Assembly (NCBI GenBank): GCA_964035545.1
Contig: OZ037765.1
Location: forward strand, 32,239,504 to 32,303,503
From: Bugula neritina
Lineage: Eukaryota; Animalia; Bryozoa
DNA length: 64,000 bases
Reading direction: 5' to 3'
Every line of letters starts with the position of its first letter. Positions within the stretch are counted from its first letter, which is position 1. The notes below the pieces were generated by a model. The model was not told the DNA's origin and did no database searches. It saw only the letters and a program-made list of their open reading frames with translations. The translations under genes were made by a program, and so were the position numbers. Shown here piece after piece: positions 39,118 through 64,000 of the stretch.

Positions 39118-41740
39118 TTAATTGCTGTTGTTTAGCATGTAGTTACTGTTGTTTAGCATGTAGTTGCTGTTGTTTAGCATGTAGTTACTGTTGTTTAGCA
39201 TGTAGTCCCTGCCAACTGGCAGACATGGTAAAGAGTGGATGTTCAGTGAAAGAGAATTAGACTTGTGAAGACAGTCACAACTCAGGTCGTGTCTGAGGGG
39301 CTGAGGAGAACTGCCAGCAGACCAGCTGCTGCCGGAGTTGGTGGATGCAGTTGGATGGTTGAGACTGCCAAGACTGGATCTGAGAGAGTAGATGAAGATG
39401 GACAGGCCAGATGAAGATCCATCAGAGGAACGCCAGCTGGTTCTGTAAGAAGTTTGAGGATGGTGTTCTGGTACGCCAGTCATGAAAATCCCTGAAGTGG
39501 TTTCCTCAAACTTCATCAGTTTTTTTAACTGATCAGTTTTTCTCACTGCAACACATTTCAATGAGTTTAGGGGGATAATCAAATGAGATTTATAGCATTT
39601 TAGACCTTAAAAACATTGTGCAGTATTTCAGTAACTTTTAACATGGAGATCAAGTCATGTTGGATAAAACTTTTGTTTGCATTCCCAACTAAACTTTTGT
39701 AACTAAAACCAGAACATTAGAACTGCAATTAAAATTTAAAGCAGTCAATAGTTTCAAAAAATCACATCCAATTTTAAAGCTTTTCGGAACACATAACTTT
39801 CCACCTTTTATTTGGTTAGTTTTGTGTTATTCACTACACATACTTCCCATGGTCTATAGCAGATGCTCGCAGGGATAGATTTGTGGTTTCATCTGATTGA
39901 CATTGCTCCCACCATGAGTGAAAAATTCATTCCATAATGCTAGTTTGGGAGTTGCAATAATGTCAACTAGAGTTCGTTGCTATACCCATTAACTATAACT
40001 AGTATAGATGTGAATCATGCTTCCAATTGTTATGGTCATAGTCAGCATCTATATATAATATTGTCATAGTTCTTGCTAACAGTTAGTCTGTATAGATATA
40101 GATTTGTCACCACAATTTATATTTTTCCTCCTACTCGTGTTACCAGAAAGATACTGATATTTATTAAGTTTACAACTTATATGGTATAAACTATAACATA
40201 TACTATGAGATCATGCATATACACTGTGTTATAATAATTTAAGCTAATAAATTCTAACTTCCTAATTATTTTGATTTATGTAATAAAACCTATTTGTAAA
40301 AGTACTAGCTATAACTTTTCTGTTGCATCTGGGTTTATTTGTGTTATTGTTATGTACTTGTTTTCATCTTGTTATAGGTTATTATAAGGTCAACATCAAT
40401 TCAGCATTACAGAAGCTACAGACAGACTCTTGCACTTTGCTATATACCTGTTTTGTGTTTTCAAGCTGAAAATTAGTTAATTGTTGCTTTACCTGCATGC
40501 ACTGGTATTTGGGAAAAAATAAAATTTCCTTAAACTTCAATACATTCAATATATATAATTGTTGACAATCGATAAAAGCTGTCTGTTATCTAAACCAAAC
40601 TTGCCTTGTCTTAAGGTTATATGCAGGAACTAAACCTTTCGAGTGGCCCATCTAGACTAAATAGTATGACTCACCCCCAGACAAGCAATGCTGTCTTTAA
40701 AGTTGTTTCAATGGCCATAATATTATTATAAGCAAAACTATAGAGATTACCATGAATAATGATGGTGTATTTGTCATCATAAATAGTGCAGTTATTGTTG
40801 AAAAAAATCACAGATTGCCGTGACTACATTTTATTGCAAGGTAAGTTAAACAGTTGACTGCATAACATATTGCAATAACCTTACTATACTCTTATAACAG
40901 ACAGCATTTAATAGTTGGGCAATTCCAAGTTCTATTGAAGAAAATGCGTTTAAAATTAGCAATTCACAGAAAGGTTATTTGCGATACTGCATGTTTAAAG
41001 TAAGACAACTTCTTTGCAACAGCTTTATGTTAACCTGAGTGTAAATTGCGGCATTTTTCGAGCAATTTTTATTGAATCTTGGATTAAATGATTATGGGGC
41101 CAGTGCCATTAATTGTCAACAAAATTTTTTCAATGCCCAAAAAGCCTATAACATTCAATTAGCTACATGAGCAGTTATATCCATGAAACACCAAAACTTT
41201 AATAAAATATTGCAACACTATCCACAAAGTATAACTTTTCAAGTGAATGGGTGAAAGCTATATTTAGCTTGTGTTACAGCTGCATGAAAATTGTAATGTT
41301 ATACAACACTGGATTATACCATGACTCATAAACAATGACTCAGGCTGATATAATTTCTACAGGGAAGTGTATGTTATACTAAGAGTTAAGAAAGCTCACA
41401 ATTTATAAATAGCTGAGAAATTTGATAGCTGATACTAATTTTTTGACAAAAATGAAACATTCTTAAACAAACAAATTTTAGTTCTGAAATTACCTCATGC
41501 AGTGACGTGTTGTTATAGTTATAAACGCATTGTAATGAGTAGGTAACACAGCCATGAAAACATAACATATCTATTAGATTAGAGAACATTCTGAAAAGAG
41601 TACAAGTGACCTTGCAACATATACTCACCAGAGCAAAACCAAGGTTTGATGCTTCTCTTCTTGAGAATTGTCAGCGTAGCAAACATCAGCATGATGGTGC
41701 CACAGGGAGCCAACAGGATGAAGGCCCACTCCCAAACCAT
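39118..41740 (-). CDS. Orphan single-pass (type III-like) membrane protein, cluster gene G, ~179 aa
   Basis: Exon 41629-41740 is below the ORF-track cutoff and encodes MVWEWAFILLAPCGTIMLMFATLTILKKRSIKPWFCS with donor G|GTGAGT. It joins in phase 1 to exon 39118-39545 (ttgcag|; SSGLSIFIYSL, SSPQPLRHDLS, SLSLNIHSL, (YMLNNSN)x4). Confidence 0.72.
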
Positions 41741-43680
41741 TTCTAATAACCTTTAGGCTAGCAGTTGTAGTTAACAATCATACTCATGTGGAAAAAAAAG
41801 CTGTCGTTGCTATAGTTACGCTACAGACACATTATTGTTGTGAGACACTTCGTCAGCACAACTTTCAGCCTTAAAGTGCAGCAACTAAATGAGTACTTTT
41901 GTTATATAAAACCAGGAAAAATTGCATCAATTTGCAAAAGCTGTAACCAAATACAATGTAATAGATACTCGCCCAAATCAGAATCTGATGTTTTTGTAAT
42001 TAATACAAATTTACAAACATGACCTTTAACCTATGTAATATACTTATTTTGTATCAAATGAGAATAGAATATACAAAAAGGTCAGTTTAACACAAAATAT
42101 AGACTACTTTATCACTAAGTGCAATTTTGATACACACATGCAGGTAGGCTATAGTTATTTGTTACATTTCTTATTTCTAACAGCAAAAATCATTCACCCA
42201 TGCAAAGTATGTAGATAAAGAAATATAACAAAATCATCTATGGGGTTATTTTAATTCTATGATCATCTTCATTTTAAATATGACAACTCTTTGCTATGCA
42301 CTAGGTATGCCAAAAATTGTTTGTAAAAAACAATTATATCTGTACATATCTTGCATTTAGTCAAAATAGTTACTGAATTGGATATTATGGTAACAAAGAA
42401 AACTTAATGTAATTGTGGCTTTTGGTTACTCAAAAGAAAATTATTTTTTGGTGCAACCACACCTTGAATGAGCTGCTAAAGTTTATTAAATGAACAAAAA
42501 ATAAAAAGAAACCTGTTGAGTATTAACAATAATTTGTTCAGGGTGATCTCCATTTCACTGTGAGTTTTTCCAGTTTAAGGTTAGAATTGTTTTGATATTA
42601 AATAAAAAAGAAAATGTGCATCTGTTTGCAATTAAACTGGTCAGATGTAGTTTAGATATCCATTTCCAAGTACTTTCTTTTATAATTAAAACAATAAGAG
42701 TTTGAAGAAGCTTCAATCTAATATTGACTTGCTTGCAATTTATCAAGTGAAGAGTGTCAAGAATTTACGTTTAAACGTCGCAGTGGTTTATTATTTCCAT
42801 TCGAATCATTCTTCTTTAAGGAATCAGTTAAATTAAAATCAAATAATGAAGGCCGTTGATGCAATGTCTCCCACAAACTGATTTAAATAAAAGTGGAATT
42901 GCTGTTACCTGTTTTGAAAGTTTTTCGACATAAACTGTGCTTAAAATGGGTGCTACTTAACGTATAACTTGAGGTTCTACTTAAAGAGGTGTACAAAGTA
43001 GTCTGTGTTACAGCATTGAGCTGTCATGTGTCTGCGTAATGTGATGACATCAGTTCCTTTGTTGCACTTCAGTTCTTCAGATTTGCAGACAATAAGATAT
43101 TTACTCGAGAGAATGGCTGAAATAGTTTATTTCGTTGTAAGGTTCTTTAAAATGTTTAAGCTAATTGAGCATGCGTAAAAGTGTGACGTGTGTGTGTGAC
43201 GTGTGGGATGTGTGTGTGACGTGTGTGACATGTGTGACGCGTGCCGCGTGTGCGCGTGTGAGTGAGTGCATGTGTTTTATATAATATTAATGCTGTAATA
43301 ACAAATAGTGCTAGTAATAAGGACAATAATAAGAATGACAATGGAAATAATAATGTAATTAGTTTATTTCATAAGAAATAGTAATTTAGAGAATAAATTC
43401 ATTATATACATCAATATACAAGTCATATATACAAAAAGTAAAAGTGAAAGGTTCAATATTTTGGAAGTAAATTATGTCGTAACGTTTTAAAAGATAATAC
43501 ACGGCCATGTTTAATTCCTAATCACATAAATAGAGAAATTGACTAGAAATGATACAATACTTGAACGCAGTACATCAGTACCCCTACAGTCACATTATTG
43601 CACACAAATCTAACTATAGTGCATATTTATGGCACACAGTTCTATTTATATCACGCGGTACTGTGTATAGTTGGCAAGAG

Positions 43681-59326
<15,646 letters not shown>

Positions 59327-61954
59327 CTGTATAATAGAATGAAACTGTTAACAGGAAGTCTGGGAATTGTGGGTATACATATTTTAATTCCCTGCATATA
59401 ACGGAAAAGTTTTAAATAATAAATAAAATGTGGAGAAGAAAAAGTACTGTTTCACTTATTTGGTCATGAATTTTGGTTGCATAAAAATTTAAAATATTTA
59501 GGTTTGTTGAATTTCAATATAATTATTAGCAGCCAGTTTTACTGCCCCAAGTTATTCGGTATTTAGAATTGGTAATTGCAGGCTAAGAAGAGAAAAGTAG
59601 ATAAATCATCTTACAGACTGTTGATGATTGAGAGTGATAAGGCATGAAAACACTGACTGTATTGATTAGCTAGGCATTGCACTGCTACCAGTAAAAATAT
59701 CAATTTGTTTAACTTGGCTAATAGAATACTGGCAGAGGGGCTAGTAACAGTACAGCTGCTTGCTATTGATAAGTATTCAGGCTATTGTACATAAGTGAAC
59801 TCTAAGTCTAAGTCATATATTGTTCTCACTACCGAATGGTTTGTATTCCTTGCAACAATCTCCATTAAAGTGATAAATTTTCTATTGTGGAACAAAATAT
59901 CTTACCAGCAAATTGCATGCCAATATTTCAACTGGTTAAAGTTGCGAAATACAACACAATATCACATGACTAGGCTCATCCGTGAACATGCATATAATAA
60001 AAACAAACTATTATCTAGCAAATGTAAGTTCTAAGAATTATTTTGTTTGAGGCTTGAAGTGATTTCAATAACAGGATAGCATACGTGTGAACAATTTACC
60101 CTACAAAAAATATTATTTACTGGAAAATTCCGTAACTACCTCAGAACTTTACAGTTGATGAAAATTTAAGAACTGCTGACTAAAAAGACAATAAAATGTT
60201 CTTCCCACAAATGACTCATGTTACATGTACTAGTAATTACTATCTTGCCAATCCCTTCAGTGAAACAACAATATGAATTATAAATTAAAATGGCAGATGG
60301 CTAGAATTCTGGCTACCCAGTTAGGAAAGAATAGTACACAATATTTATATAAGTAATTATAATAGAAAAATGGCGACTTTTTACTAGATCTCTTTTTAAT
60401 TGAGATTAAAAACCTTTTCAATTAGACTTAATCACCAAATCCAAAGCAAAAAAAGGAAAAATTTAGTTTTAGTTTGATGGAAAATCTTGCAGTAGAAATG
60501 TTTATTCAAAACAACTCATCACATAGTAAAACTGTGCAGGGACAAAGAAAAAATTGAATGATTCTATCAAATTTACTGTGTTGGGTGACTTTAATTAAAA
60601 TTGGAAGAATTTGTAAGAGTTTTAGGGACGAAGTTATTTGAAATAAAATAATTAATCATGTGGACAATGTGAAGTAGGCATAAGAGAGCTTTTGTATCGT
60701 ATTTAAGCTGAACCGTAGCAGTTGCGGTTGAATTGATGGCACAGCAGATGAGCATTGAAAATGTGGTGTATTTTAGTTGGCCTATTTTTCGTTCAGCTGT
60801 TTATCAATAAATCTAATATAGGATGATGACTGGATTCAAACTATCAATTAAATCTTTACCACCAAATTATTAAAAAATAAATTTCAACTTTTGTGAGCCA
60901 ATGTTTGTGAAAATAAAGTTGTTAAATATTTTGAATCAAATCAAAAATAAAAAACTAGTTGAAGATAATTATGATTCAACTAATTTAGTAGTTGCTAGGC
61001 GTAAAGATAGAGGTTCTAGCTTATAGCTTTAGGTTCCATCGCCCAGTTTTAAAATGAGTTTGATTTATTACACTGACAAGCAGTCAGTTCTTACATAAAA
61101 CTAGTTACTAGACCTAAGTCTATGCAAGAACTAAGCTTGCACCCTACGATTGCTTCCCCAAAAATCTGTTAAACAATTACAAGGAAACAAAAGCGATATC
61201 AATAGGGACTGTTAGTTACGGTTCCTGGTGTGTTTAAAGCTAGATTTTTCGTTATAGTATTATTTTAATCAATTAGTTTCAATCAGTCAATAAATATATT
61301 ACATAACTATACACTAAGCTGACAATGTTTAATTTTCTTGCCTTCAATTATTTAAAAGTCATCAGCCCTACAGTCAAAATAAATAAAGTTTATTTAGCAT
61401 TAAAATGGCCGACAAAAATAAATATATATGCAAATTATTTAAAAAGTTGAAAATATTATTTTTAATAAAACTGATTTTGTTTTGAAAACATTATGAGAGA
61501 CTCAACTTAAACAACTTTCTGATAGTTTTAACCAGAAGTTCCACAAATGGAAGACCGTTAGTCAAGATTTGACAAACTCACTATGACACTCATCTGTTTA
61601 TACAGTTGAAACTGCAGGCTACTGAACGCCATGTTTTTAAGCACTGTACACTTCATGAGTAAAAAGTTCATTTGATGTTTTTATACACTCAAGCACTAGC
61701 AATACTTTGCCAAATTTAATCTTCCCTATATAGTAGCTCGTCAAAGTAAATACAACTTGAAGAAATGTCACAGTAATGAAATTAATATTTAGACCTGACT
61801 CAGCAATGCAAATTATAAACTTCTATGCAAAGTACAAGTATATGCAGTTCTCTAAACTAGTGGTTAAAGTCCGCTTAGTGTGAAATAGCAGTCATTTACT
61901 CAGTGAACTTACATTTAGTGATGTATTCATGAAACCAATACTTTAAGCAAACAT

Positions 61955-62200
61955 ATAAGTAAGTATAGCTTATAGTAAGTATAGTATAGTAAGTATAGTA
62001 TAGTAAGTATAGTATAGTTTAGTATAGTATAGTAAGTATGGTATTATAGTAAGTATAGTATAGCAAGTATAGTAAGTATAGTTTATAGTAAGTAGAGTAT
62101 AGCAAGTATAGTTTATTATAGTAAGTATACTTTATAGTAAGTAGTTTATAGTAAGTATAGTACAGTAAGGAAATATACGAGTAAATATAGTAAGTATATT
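61955..62200. repeat. (TAGTA/AGTA)n degenerate microsatellite
   Basis: Directly visible. Confidence 0.9.
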
Positions 62201-64000
62201 AATAAGAAAGTAAGTATGAAAATATATAGCAAAGCAAGTAATTAAATGAAAACTACCTAATTCTGAAAACCATTACATTTTGTTCAATTCTAAACAAAGT
62301 TCAAAACTCAAGCATCAGTTGAATAACTAAAATGTCTGCCAAATGAGTCATATCAACTGCCTATAAGCATATCCACAGCTAAGAGATTACATTGCACATA
62401 GTGCAGTAATTTGTACTTGATAGCCATGTGACCCAAACAACACCCATATGAATAACTCATGTGTTTATACAACCAAGATGCCTAAAAGTATGGAAAAGAA
62501 CTTGAAATGAGTAGTTAAAACAGAAATTGGATAAATAAAATTGACATCATGTAGTTAAACTGCCACATCAAGTTGTTTCTTGCCTAAAGGCAGCTAATCT
62601 GCAGGGAAAACAAGTTTGCTGGCTAGATACTGGATGGTTTTCAAGTAAAAAGGTTGTTTTTCATAAAAACTGTAGTTCAGTAAAGTTCTACAGTCATATC
62701 ACCAAAATGTATGAGAAGCTTTGTAAAAGCAGCTTTGTTTAAAGCTTTTCTTTAATTAGCATTTGCAAAAGCCAAATAATTACAACATGCAAAGAAACTT
62801 GCATAAAGACTGCTATTTCAGAGTTAAAAGATTAGTAGGAAATTTTCAGTAAGCTTAAACTAATAGCTTTAGTTAGACAGCTGAAAGTATCTTTTGTTAG
62901 CCGCAATTTATTGACTAACTAAAAGTCACAAGTTGAACTGATAACAAGTTGAAAAGCTAGAAAAGTTGGACTAATAGAGTTATCAAAATAAAAAGTTGAC
63001 CATTCTAGAGAACTTAATTTGTTAGTGCCTAAAGAGGTAGTGGTGCCGTTAAAATGACTACCGTGTCTCACCTTCCAGTCGCAGAAGGATTAGATAGTTT
63101 GCTGATAAGTTGAAGCAGCTTGGCTTGCATACGGCGCGGTCGAATGTAATGCGCAGTGGTAGAACAACATGGGTGATACATAAATTATATGCTATTGTAG
63201 GGCTTGTATATTGCACTGCAATAGGTTTGATAAACGCATTCAACTGGAACGATATTACAGGCTGGTTAGTTGTTTGTACTACAATTTCATTATCAATACA
63301 GAGTGAATGCCTTTTAATATAACATGCTATCTGATAAGTTAATGCGGGCTGGTACTCACCCGCCCACAGAGTAATAGAAAATCATTTGTTATGAAACTAA
63401 GAAAAGTTGAGCCGCTCGCAGCAGTGTACTGTAAGCTGTACAATGTACATCAGGCAGTAAAAACTGGCTATCGCTTTTCAGGATATAAAACAAATTCTTT
63501 GAAGTTAGTTGTGTCCAAAAAGTTGTTTAAAATCAGCAAATTCGTGATAGAACAGACAGTGTCCCCATGTCCTTAGGAGTGCATCTTAAAATTTCAAAGA
63601 TAAATTAGTTTTCATTTTTAACCTTATAAATAAATAGAAGTTTGTGGGAAAAGTTTCAAACAATCTGCTTGCAGTTTGATTTTTGAATTATAATAAAAGC
63701 TTGTAAATTGAAAACTTCGCCAAAACATTGCTTCCATGCAATTTCACTATTATCCTTGCCTATCTCAATCTGTACCACCCCACTACATTTTTAAAACACT
63801 AGAGGAGTATATTAGTATTTAAATGACCTAATTTAGACCCCAGATTTTTATAATGCTATTATCTTTAGAAAGCTAGTGCTAGATCTATTTAAAAAATTAA
63901 TTTTTATGATGAAATAATAGTTCCAAACATTTTTTCAACGTTAAACTGACTTTTAAAATGATGCAAGGCATCTTGATGAGGTAGTGAAGATATAAAACTT

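Noticed and set aside
39845-39966. Middle exon of gene G
   Set aside because: No frame is both open and phase-compatible with the flanking exons.
63058-63576. Short ORFs and strong minus-strand donors near 63070 and 63360
   Set aside because: They could be upstream or UTR exons of L3MBTL, but no supported coding frame or homology was recognised.

Overview
AT-rich, intron-containing animal (invertebrate-like) genomic DNA. Two conserved genes bracket the window. A 10-exon SLC34 (NaPi-II) Na+/phosphate cotransporter lies on + (3291-9332). A 13-exon L3MBTL-like Polycomb-group gene (FCS finger, 3 MBT, 2 C2HC fingers, SAM) lies on - (43681-59326). Between them (13.5-41.7 kb) I reconstructed by hand a head-to-tail array of seven genes on -, none of which I recognise (labelled A-G). 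Each encodes a single-pass membrane protein, and every coding intron I placed is phase 1. A, B, C, D and G have Ser-rich cytoplasmic tails with repeated S-L-x-I-[HYR]-[ST] motifs resembling the pLxIS IRF-docking motif, and all but D also have a P-[QK]-[PS]-[LM] motif; in G it reads PQPLRHD, close to the STING TBK1-binding PLPLRTD. E and F are a recent duplicate pair with divergent Cys-containing ectodomains and ITIM-like tails. This is a candidate undescribed innate-immune receptor/adaptor cluster; the function is inference. The window also has several DNA transposons and MITEs (one with an apparent excision footprint in a duplicated segment, one with ~880-bp inverted repeats), tRNA-derived repeats, local duplications and micro/minisatellites. 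All gene models are manual and lack transcript support.
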